Under the pieces are notes generated by a model, which was given only the letters and a program-made list of their open reading frames with translations, did not search any database and was not told the origin of the DNA. From assembly GCA_965243135.1 (NCBI GenBank), contig OZ251539.1:416001-480000 (forward strand): a stretch of DNA of 64,000 nucleotides. Reading direction: 5' to 3'. The stretch is from Alphaproteobacteria bacterium. GTDB lineage: Bacteria; Pseudomonadota; Alphaproteobacteria; MPNO01; UBA830. Positions 11,335-20,600 of the stretch are shown here, piece after piece. Position 1 is the stretch's first letter; the number at the start of each line of letters is the position of its first letter. A program made the position numbers and the translations under genes.

Positions 11335-11950
11335 GCCGCCTTCATACTCTTCTCAGCCATCTTCGTCTCTCCGTTCCGGGCCGCGCAGGTTCTCCGGCGT
11401 CAGTGCCAGCAGCCGCTCCCGCGACGGAATTCGCCCCGGAAACGACCGTTCTCGATGAACGCCGCAAGCGAGCGTTCCCTGACGATGACGCCCCTGGTCG
11501 CCAGCCGGGCACAGAGGATCTCCGCGGGGTCACCTTCGTCGACGCGGCGCATCAGCAGGCTCTGCGGCTGCTCCACCGCTTCGCAGTATCTCGGTCCTCC
11601 GGTCGGGGACTTTTTCGATTTCGGCGCGCAGCTTTTCGAGGCGCATGCACGGTGTTACCGCTTCTGGAATGGTCTACCGACAGACGCGGCCCGCCGCCAT
11701 CCGACGTGCCGGAAAACGCAGAATTCCCGTGAGGACGGACCGAAGGCGAGGGCGCAATCCGGTTTTCCGAAGCGCTGTTGCGGATACCAAGAGCCGAACT
11801 CGCCTCATGACGAACCGGCGGCGGCCGCCTTTCGCGTTCGCTCGTCGGATGCCGTGCCGGAACTGTTTCGCCCACATGGCCTCCGACCGGAGAAAATCCG
11901 CCGCTGATCCGTTGGCGGAGCAGGGAACGCTTCTTTCCGCCGCTGATGTC
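11335..11950 (-). repeat. Degenerate copy of the mob-leader region (about 16710-17460)
   Basis: Frameshifted MRLEKLRAEIEK...LMRRVDEGDPAEILCARLA, followed by the first codons MAEKSMKA. Confidence 0.8.
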
Positions 11951-12167
11951 TCCGCGACCGGCCGTGGATGCTCCGCAAAACCCCATGAGCATTCAGCGCA
12001 CACTATCGATCCGGAAACGCAACACAGGCATCGGCAATCTCCGTCGTGGGGCCGGGTGAGCTGGCGGGTGGCGGCGGCGCGGCACTCGCTTCAGAGAATA
12101 CCCCTTTTCCCGGCTGGTGCCGTGACATTACCGAGATGAAAGGCGTCCCGTGCGTCGAAATGGGACG

Positions 12168-12962
12168 CTAACAGGCCGTGTCCGCCGGCGGCAGAACCCG
12201 AAATATCCAGTCGGTCATGACGAGCATGTTCATGCTGTGCTTGTGGTCGGCATATACGACCAGGCCGTGCACTGCGGCATGCCGGTTCGGCAGGAAGTCC
12301 TTTTCGACCTCGGTGGTATCGTTCGGAGGCACATGCTCGTAGATATGCCGGTACAACCGATCCAGTATCAGATACCCGAAGAACGTCCCTTCGGCGATTT
12401 CTTCCAACGGCCTCATTTCGACGAGCGTCTGGAGCAATTGTTTCGAGCCCATGTGGTCGGGGGTCGGCATTCGGGATCGCAGCACCCGTTCGATTTCCGG
12501 AAAGAGCGAACGAACGACGCACCGGTAAAGGCGTTCTTCATGAGCTTGCAGCGCTTCACGGAACGCCGCTTTCGTTTCGTCGTCGACGTGATATCCGTCC
12601 AGATTCTCTTCGAAGGATTGCCGTATCTCGCTCCAATGTTTATCGTAGTACGATGACATGCAGGCGTCGAGGCGTGCGGCATCTCCACCGCTTTGCTCCA
12701 TGCAATGGTACGGCGCATGATCGAACGGCAACCAACCGGTTTCGTTGAGCGCGTCGACCAGTTCCGCCTGTTTTCCGATCAGGGCGAGATACGGCTTTAT
12801 CACGGAAACGAGTTCCGGCACGGCATTTTTCAGCGCCTCGAAGTGAGGGGCGAGTTCCTCCTCGTTCTCCCTGAGGTATTCCTGCAGTTTCTCTAGGTGA
12901 GGTTTGAATCCTTCCAAGACGGACTCGAATATTTCGGACAGGTCCGGACGGTGGTCGGTCAT
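12168..12962 (-). CDS. Hypothetical protein with HEPN-like RxxxxH motif
   Basis: Helical protein; AFREALQAHEERLY...FPEIERVLR and C-terminal NRHAAVHG. Confidence 0.65.
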   Translation of the reverse strand: MTDHRPDLSEIFESVLEGFKPHLEKLQEYLRENEEELAPHFEALKNAVPELVSVIKPYLALIGKQAELVDALNETGWLPFDHAPYHCMEQSGGDAARLDACMSSYYDKHWSEIRQSFEENLDGYHVDDETKAAFREALQAHEERLYRCVVRSLFPEIERVLRSRMPTPDHMGSKQLLQTLVEMRPLEEIAEGTFFGYLILDRLYRHIYEHVPPNDTTEVEKDFLPNRHAAVHGLVVYADHKHSMNMLVMTDWIFRVLPPADTAC

Positions 12963-13390
12963 CTGGCAGTTTCTCCTGCAAAAGTTCCCGCGCCGAATGT
13001 CGGCGGCCGCTCAGGACTCTCGGAACCAGCCGCGCTCCAGTGCGTCCTGCTCGCTTTCGGCACCGTTTCCGAGCGGTGCCGGTTGATGCGCAGCCGCGCG
13101 ACCCGCTGCTCCAAGGGCGGGAGGTTCCCGTGGCGTTCAATTTCCGCTTGGTCGAGCATTTCGCCACGTTCGTTGCTGTCGAAAATCCCTCGGGAGAGCC
13201 TGACCTGCATCTCTTCCGAAAGCTGCTGCATTCGGTCGTCGTCGAAGAACTCGGCTCCCCTTTGCGGCACACGGTAGAGCGCGTCGTCGTGGACTACGCC
13301 GCCTGTCCGAGGGGAACTGTCGTACGATTCCGACTCGTGCCTCCATCCTTTCGATGCAGTCACCGTCGCATCATTCCGGATGGAACACAA
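12959..13390 (-). CDS. Hypothetical protein (may be degenerate)
   Basis: 143-aa ORF whose stop overlaps the start of 12168..12962 (ATGA). Confidence 0.4.
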   Translation of the reverse strand: MCSIRNDATVTASKGWRHESESYDSSPRTGGVVHDDALYRVPQRGAEFFDDDRMQQLSEEMQVRLSRGIFDSNERGEMLDQAEIERHGNLPPLEQRVARLRINRHRSETVPKASRTHWSAAGSESPERPPTFGAGTFAGETAR

Positions 13391-13545
13391 GCACCTATCG
13401 GACAGGTGCCGGAGTTCCTCTCGAAGCGAATGGCTCCTTTGGGCGGACGAAGACTGCGTTCAAGGACGCTCCGCCGTGTAGCGTGGCGGCGCATCGTTAC
13501 AACGAGTGCCGACCTCTTGTCCGGTTTCCGACAGGCTGTGCGAAA

Positions 13546-13863
13546 TCAGTTCGGCAACCGCTCCTCTTGTGCGGGCCTGTTCGGGAGGGTTTCGGGCGCG
13601 GGCGGCTTTGTCCTTACCGGCTTCCTTTCCGGCAGCTTGCCAGTGTCCAGAAAGGCCCCCAAAGACCGCTCGCCGACCTTGACCCCCTGCCGGGCCAGCG
13701 CGTCGGCGAGCGCCTTGACGGAGGCTCCCTCCGCAACCTTCTCCTTCAGGAGCGAGGCCATTTCCTCCAATATCTCCTGGTAGGTCACGCGCTCCGGCCT
13801 GACCTTCCGGATCTCCGCACGCAGCGCGTCGGCGTCGACCGCCTTCATGCTCTTCTCAGCCAT
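13546..13863 (-). CDS. MobC/TraK-like small protein, duplicate of 16403..16732
   Basis: Nearly identical to 16403..16732 except for the C-terminus and a 6-nt deletion. Confidence 0.7.
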   Translation of the reverse strand: MAEKSMKAVDADALRAEIRKVRPERVTYQEILEEMASLLKEKVAEGASVKALADALARQGVKVGERSLGAFLDTGKLPERKPVRTKPPAPETLPNRPAQEERLPN

Positions 13864-13915
13864 CTCTCCTGTCCGTGCCGGGGCCGCGCAGGTCCTCCGG
13901 CGTCAGCGCAAGCAA

Positions 13916-14682
13916 CCGCTCCCGGTTCCGTCCTGATCCGCGGACTCGCGGGAGAGGGGCGGGAGGTGGAGTTTTCTCCCGACGAGATCGCGGACAGTCG
14001 GGGGAACGTCCAGCTGGACCACGGCTACGCACGAACGATCTCTTCGGCCTGGGGAGAGGCGGTCGACCGGGTGTTCCTGTTCGCCGACGACAAGCTGGAG
14101 GCCTCGATGATCCGGCGCACGGAAGCGCTTCGGCGGGACGGACTCGACATCTACGTCGATCGCGAGCCGTTGCGCGCGGGAGACGCGGCGAACTATCTCG
14201 CCGAACGCTGGCGGCGTCCGCCGCCGCCGGACGGCCCCGTCGAAATTCCCGCGAACGGCGGCGGTCCGGCGGAGGGCAACGCGGCGCGGTTCCCGGAGCG
14301 CCCCGAAGAACGCGGCGCCCGCGAGCGGCCGACGGATCCGGACGGCCGGGGCGCGGCGGACTGGCTGGCGGCGAACGGAAGCGTTTGGGAAAGGGACATG
14401 GCCCGCGTCATCCGCCGCGCCGCGTCGGAGTTGCGCGAGCGCGTCGGCGGGGATGTTTCGGAGAACCGGCAAGAGCCGCGGGAACGGACGGCCGCCGAGG
14501 GCGGCCGCGCGACGTCCGGGACGGGAGGAGACGCGGCGCTGCAGACGGCGCCGCATCCGCGGAAACTTTCGGCGGCTCTCGCCGGACGGGCCGAAGAGAT
14601 CTGCCGGGCTTCCGGGCGGGAAGCGGACCGGGAACTACTGGCAGGCGGGCTCGGTCGCGGGAGAACGGGGCGCTCGCTCTCG
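13916..14682 (+). pseudogene. Internal duplicate of the relaxase gene (about 19617-20381)
   Basis: APGSVLIRGLAGEGREVEFSPDEIAD...LAGRAEEICR is almost identical to the full relaxase. Confidence 0.9.
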
Positions 14683-14709
14683 GTGCGACGCGGGGTGAAG
14701 CCACCGGTG

Positions 14710-15621
14710 TCAGGTGCCCGCAAACGCCCGCTCGAGTGCGGCGACGTCGAGTTTCGTCATCGGCAGCATGGCCTCGAAGACGCGCTCCCGCGCCGCGTCG
14801 GCGGCGTCGGTTCCGAGCCAGTCCAGCCACTGTTTCGGCACCACCTGCCAACTGATGCCGAAACGGTCCTTCAGCCAGCCGCATTGCCCCGGTTCGCCGC
14901 GCCGCGAGAGTTCGTTCCAATGATGGTCCACGTCCGGCTGGCCGTCGCAGAGCACTTGCAGCGACACGGCCTCGTTGAAGCCGAAGGCGTGGTCGCCCGG
15001 GCTGTCCATCGCCGCGAAATGCTGCCCGGCGAGAACGAAGCGGCCGATCTTGACCATCCCTGCTCCGTCTTCGTCCGGCCCGATTCGCTCCACTTCCCCG
15101 ATTCGGGAATCGTGGAAGACGCCGCAGAAGTGCTCCATCGCGGCCATGGCGTTGCCGAGTTGCCCGCCGCAGAACATCAGGCACGGCACGATGGGCGGCA
15201 AGCCGGGATCCGGGGAAACCGTCACCTGCCAGGAGACGCCGAAGCGATCCGCCGTCCAGCCGAAGCAGGGACTCCAGGGGTAGGCGTCGAGCGGCATCAG
15301 CACCGCGCCGTCGCTCGACAGCTTGGCGAACAGGCGCTCGGCCGTCGCGGAACCGACGTGGGCGAAGAACGAGATGCTGGGATTGATGACGAACTGCGGC
15401 CCGCCGTTGACCGCCGTGAAGCGCCGGCCGCAGATCTCGAAGTCCACGCTCATCACGCTGCCGCGCGGCTTGCCGGCCGGATTGTCGGACGAGCGCGGAT
15501 AACGCGAGCGGGCGATCACGCGGCCCGCTTCAGGCGTCTCGACGTAGAACGCCGCCGCTTCCTCGGCCTTGTCGTCGAACCACAGACAGGGCGCGACGGT
15601 CGGGTTGTTCAGGGTGTTCAT
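14710..15621 (-). CDS. VOC/PhnB-like protein (3-demethylubiquinone-9 3-methyltransferase-like family), two domains
   Basis: PCLWFDDKAEEAAAFY, NGGPQF...SISFF, WTADRFGVSWQ and QCGWLKDRFGISWQVVP. Confidence 0.9.
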   Translation of the reverse strand: MNTLNNPTVAPCLWFDDKAEEAAAFYVETPEAGRVIARSRYPRSSDNPAGKPRGSVMSVDFEICGRRFTAVNGGPQFVINPSISFFAHVGSATAERLFAKLSSDGAVLMPLDAYPWSPCFGWTADRFGVSWQVTVSPDPGLPPIVPCLMFCGGQLGNAMAAMEHFCGVFHDSRIGEVERIGPDEDGAGMVKIGRFVLAGQHFAAMDSPGDHAFGFNEAVSLQVLCDGQPDVDHHWNELSRRGEPGQCGWLKDRFGISWQVVPKQWLDWLGTDAADAARERVFEAMLPMTKLDVAALERAFAGT

Positions 15622-16402
15622 GGCAACTCTCTCCTTATACTCGGCAGCGCGTCGAGCGAAGGCGCCCGCCCGGGTGGCATCTCATGATGCCTTGCTTCAG
15701 CAGCCGCGTCGCCCTTCCAGAACACGACCGCGGCGGCAGCGACGCAAGGCGAATGTGCGCCCCGGCGGCACCTCACGACGCCTTGCCCGGTTGCTCGCGA
15801 CGATGCCGCTCTCGCTCATCCCATAGAGCTGGTACACTCTTGCGAGGATCATGGCGGCGGGGCTCCGACCGCAACCCGGCAGGCCACGTGACCCGCTTCG
15901 ACGCGGTCCTCCGGAGGCCTGAAGTGGACAGCCGCTTCGCGCCTGACCACTTCCCCACAGGCCCAACCACTACAACGGAAGCGGTCAACTAATTTGGTAC
16001 ATACCAGTTCAAAATGTTCTTGACAGCCGAGACGCCTCGGAGAATCGTGACACGGCGCATGATCGTCTTGGGAAGGTTGGACTTCGGATGTTTGCCGCTG
16101 CAGCGACGGAGGACGGTCTCTGACGATCGCTGCACTGTCGGCGAACGTTTCCACACGCTTCTTCAACTCGGAACCTTCCCGAGCGAATGAATGCCCCCGT
16201 TGCTACTTCGGCGGCAACCGTCTGTCGTCAGGTTTGCTTTTGCGCTTCGCCTTCACGAAACATATCTGGCCGCCGGTCGAGGGGCTCTACACGCGAAAAG
16301 CGTTCTCCCCCACTAGAGCAGGCCTGACCACTCACTTTCCATTTGTAGAGCAGGTCGCCCTCGGCGTTTAGCGCGATCTTCCAAGTCCACAAACGAAATT
16401 CG

Positions 16403-16732
16403 TCAGGCATCGACTCGTCTCTCCGGTCTGCGCGGCGCTTCGGGCGGGCTCGCGGGATTATCGGTCGCCTTCGTCCGCACCGGCTTCCTTTCCGGCAGCT
16501 TGCCAGTGTCCAGAAAGGCCTTCAAAGACCGCTCGCCGACCTTGACCCCCTGCCGGGCCAGCGCGTCGGCGAGCGCCTTGACGGAGGCTCCCTCCGCAAC
16601 CTTCTCCTTCAGGAGCGAGGCCATTTCCTCCAATATCTCCTGGTAGGTCACGCGCTCCGGCCTGACCTTCCGGATCTCCGCGCGCAGCGCGTCCGCGTCG
16701 AATTCGACCGCCTTCATGCTCTTCTCAGCCAT
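16403..16732 (-). CDS. MobC/TraK-like relaxosome accessory protein (putative)
   Basis: EKVAEGASVKALADALARQGVKVGERSLKAFL; transcribed away from the relaxase. Confidence 0.6.
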   Translation of the reverse strand: MAEKSMKAVEFDADALRAEIRKVRPERVTYQEILEEMASLLKEKVAEGASVKALADALARQGVKVGERSLKAFLDTGKLPERKPVRTKATDNPASPPEAPRRPERRVDA

Positions 16733-17025
16733 CTTCTTCTCTCCTGTCCGTGCCGGGGCCGCGCAGGTCCACCGGCGTCAGCGCCAGCAACCGCTCCCGC
16801 GACGGAATCCGCCCCGGAAACCGGCCGGTCTCGATGAACGCCGCAAGCGAGCTTTCTTTGACGATGACGCCCTTCGCCGCCAGCCGGGCGCAGAGGATTT
16901 CCGCGGGGTCGCCTTCGTCGACGCGGCGCATCAGCAAGGCCCGGAACCGGTCCACCGCTTCGCGGTAACTCGGTCCGCCCGTCGGGATTTTTTCGATTTC
17001 GGCGCGCAGCCTGTCGAGGCGCATG
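16725..17025 (-). CDS. Paralogous MobC/TraK-like small protein (start approximate)
   Basis: MRLDRLRAEIEKI...RVDEGDPAEILCARLAAKGVIVKESSLAAFIETG aligns by eye with the next ORF; the two overlap. Confidence 0.55.
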
Positions 17026-17544
17026 TGCGGCGTTACCGTTTCCGGAACGGTCCGTCGACAGACACGACCCGGCCCGCCGCCATCCGGCGCGCCGGGAAAC
17101 TCAGAATACCCTCGCGGACGGACTGGATGCAAGGGGTGGCGATCCGGTTTTCCGGAGCGCCGCCGCGGGAACCGGCCAGGCGCCGGGAGCGCGACCCGGC
17201 CATTCCCTCGAAGGCGGGGAACCTGGAATTCCGCTCCGGCGCGCCGACGCTGCGCGTCGTTTCCCGAACTCGCCGCAAGACGGAACGGCGGTCGGGCCGC
17301 CTGTCGGGCTACGGTTTCTCGCCGCCGCGGAAACCGGCTCCGTCGGCGCGACTGTCCGCCGGAGAAACCAGGCAGCCGATTCGCCGAAGGAGCCGGGAAC
17401 GCTCCTTTCGACAGGAGCGCGCCGCGGGAGACTGTTTCCCGTCCGCCGACGGCGACGCTCGCTCCTGACTGGACCCGCCCCTTGACTGGAACGGGCGGGA
17501 AACGCAAATTCCTGCCGACGGAGAGGCCGTATTGCGGATCGTAC

Positions 17545-17592
17545 AGCCTTCACACTTATGCACTAAACCGCCCCGCGGTCGCGGCGGGGCCG
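17545..17592 (-). promoter_or_regulatory. Candidate oriT/nic site
   Basis: Minus strand AGTGCATAAGTGTGAAG resembles MOBF nic sites (TGCG-N4-GTGT); adjacent ccccgc...gcgggg hairpin; lies between divergent mob genes. Confidence 0.4.
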
Positions 17593-17692
17593 TCCCGACG
17601 TTTCCCGGCGGCCCGCCGAGACGTCCGAAGGCCGGGCCGGCTGCGACGGCGCCTAGCGAAACTGCGGGAAGGCGCTTCCGCGGGCCGGCCGC

Positions 17693-20600
17693 ATGGTAGC
17701 GTCGATCGGCCAGGCGGCCGCCGCGGAATACTACCTCGAATCCCAGCGGTCGTACCGCCCGGCCGATGCCTGGTTCGTCCCCGGCGAAGAGCCCGACGGC
17801 GCCTGGTGCAACCCGTCCGGGCTGTTCGATATCGCCGACGGCAGCAGGGTGGAGACGCCCGACTGGCTGGCGCTCTACGGCGGCTTCTCGCCGGCCGGCG
17901 GCGCGCGGCTGACGCGCAATTCGGGCAGCGCGTCCCGGTCAGCCGGCCTCGACGTGACCTGCAGCGCCGACAAGACGATCTCCGCCCTCTGGGCGGTCGC
18001 GGACCCCGGGCTGCGGGAGGGGATCGAGCGTGCGCACGCCGCCGCGGCCCGCGCCGCGCTGGAGGAGATCGTCTTCCGCCATTGCGGCTACACCCGCGTC
18101 CGCAAGCGCGACGGAGAGATCCGCGTCGTTCCCGCCCGCCCGATCGCCGCCATGTTTCCGCACGGATCGTCGCGCGCCGGGGATCCGCAGCTGCACATGC
18201 ATTGCGTGATCCTGAACGTGGCGAGGACGGAGGCCGACGGCAGGTTCCGGGCGGTCCACCAGTATCCGGTCTATCTGTGGCGGAAGGCCGCCGGTTCGGC
18301 CTACCGCAACGCACTCGCCTGGCGTCTTCGCGAGGATCTCGGCCTGCCGGTGGAACGCTACGGCGAGCGCGGGGAATTCACGCGGGTCGCCGGCGTTCCG
18401 GTCGGCCTCGTGAAGCGCTGGTCGAAGCGGCGCGAGAAGCTCGAGAAGCAGGCGGCCGCGATGGGCTACGCCGTCAAGGGCAACGCCGCGCGGCTGGCGG
18501 CGGCGAACCTCGCCGGACGCCCGAGGAAGGATCGCCACGATATCGAATGCCGCCATGAACGCTGGCGGAACGAGGCGGCGGCGCTGAACGCGGCCGGGCT
18601 CGCGGAGTCGGTGGCGGAAGCCGGAAGGCGGTCCGTCGCGCCGCGGTTGCCGGACGGCCTCGAGGAGTTGCCGCTCGAACTGGTCCGCCGAACCGCCTCC
18701 TTCCGGCTGCCGGAACTCGTCGAACGGGTGGAGAATGCGACGGCGGGCGCGCTCGACCGCGCCGGCGTCCGGGCCTGTCTAAAGCGCGCGCTGGAGCGGG
18801 ACGATCTGGTTCTTCTGGACGGGCCGAAGAAGTCGGCGGACGCCCGCGCGGGCCTCGCGCACACGAAAGTCTGGTCGACCCCGACCGAAGTCGTCGCGGC
18901 GGCGGTCGGCGGGCGGGACGGGGCCGCGGGAGAGGGCGAACGGGCCGCGGCGGGCGAGCGCGCGGAAGGCGCGGCGCTCCTCGCCGCCGGCGGTTACGAG
19001 TTGATCGCCGCGGCCCGCGACTGGAAGGCCGCTAAGGCGCTTGGAACGGATCGCGGCATGCGGCCCGTCACGATCGACCGGCTGCTTCGGATGGAGCTCG
19101 GCAGCAAAACCGCGGTCCAGGTCGACGGGACGCTGACGGAACGCGAGGCGCGCTGCCTGGCGGAACTGGCGAAACGCACCGGCGCGACGATCCTGCCGGC
19201 CGGCGGAGCGCGGCGGAACGGACAAGGGGGACGCGACATGAAACGGCTTTCCGAGTTGCTGCCTGCAGTGGGCGGCGCGGTCGGCGTCGGGGGGATGCCG
19301 GGGAACCTTCATCTCGGACGCGACCTTGAAGACGCGATGAAGTCGCTTGTCAGCGATTGGGATCGCTTCCGGCGATCCGGCGGAACGGCGATGGTTCTCG
19401 CGCGCACCCGGGCGGAAGCGCAGGCGCTGTCCTTCCTGCTTCGCACGCGCGCGCTGGAAGGACGCGGCGGGTCGGCTGCGATCCGCGTCGCGGGCGGCGG
19501 GAGCCGCCGGACGGCGCTTCTGGAAATCGCGCCGGGCGACCTCGTCCGGCTCGGCGCGCCGCACCGCGGGCTGAAGCTGCCCGCCGGAACCGTCGTCGCC
19601 GTGAAGGAGGTCGAGGCCGCTCCCGGTTCCGTCCTGATCCGCGGACTCGCGGGAGAGGGGCGGGAGGTGGAGTTTTCTCCCGACGAGATCGCGGACCGTC
19701 GGGGGAACGCCCAGCTGGACCACGGCTACGCGCAAACGATCTCTTCGGCCCGGGGAGAGGCGGTCGACCGGGTGTTCCTGTTCGCCGACGACAAGCTGAC
19801 GGCCTCGATGATCCGGCTCGCGGAAGCGCTTCGGCGGGACGGTCTCGACATCTACGTCGACCGCGAGCCGTTGCCCGCGGGAGACGCGGCGAACTATCTC
19901 GCCGAACGCTGGCGGCGTCCGTCGCCGCCGGACGGCCCCGTCGAAATTCCCGCGAACGGCGGCGGTCCGGCGGAGGGCAACGCGGCGCGGATCCCGGAGC
20001 GCCCCGAAGAACGCGGCGCCCGCGAGCGGCCGACGGATCCGGACGGCCGGGGCGCGGCGGACTGGCTGGCGGCGAACGGAAGCGTCTGGGGAAGGGACAT
20101 GGCCCGCGTCATCCGTCGCGCCGCGTCGGAGTTGCGCGAGCGCGTCGGCGGGGACGTTCCGGGGAACCGGCAAGAGCCGCGGGAACGGACGGCCGCCGGG
20201 AGCGGCCGCGCGCCGTCCGGGACGGGAGAAGACATGGCGCTGCAGGCGACGCCGCGGGAACTGTCGGCGGCGCTCGCCGGACGGGCCGAAGAGATCTGCC
20301 GCGCGTATCTTCCGGGCGGGAAGCGGACCGGGAACTACTGGCAGGCGGGCTCGGTCGCGGGAGAACGGGGACGCTCGCTCTACGTTCATCTCGCGGGCGG
20401 CCGGCGCGGCCGCTGGGTCGACGAAGCCACCGGCGAGAAGGGCGATCTCCTCGACCTGATCCGCGCCGCGCGCGGCCATTCGCGCATGAGCGACGCGATG
20501 CGGGAAGCCGCGTCGATCGTCGGCGGCAGCGCGCCCGAACCGCGCGAGGCCGTCGCGCCCGCAACGCCGGCGGCGGACCCCCGCCGCCTCGAAAACTTCC

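Noticed and set aside
10447-11907. 486-aa plus-strand ORF; likewise 52530..54314 and 8074..9420
   Set aside because: Antisense to genes with clear motifs (HNH, MTase, FGE/SH3).
13354-15687. 777-aa ORF as a real gene
   Set aside because: Chimera of antisense small ORF, relaxase duplicate and antisense VOC gene.
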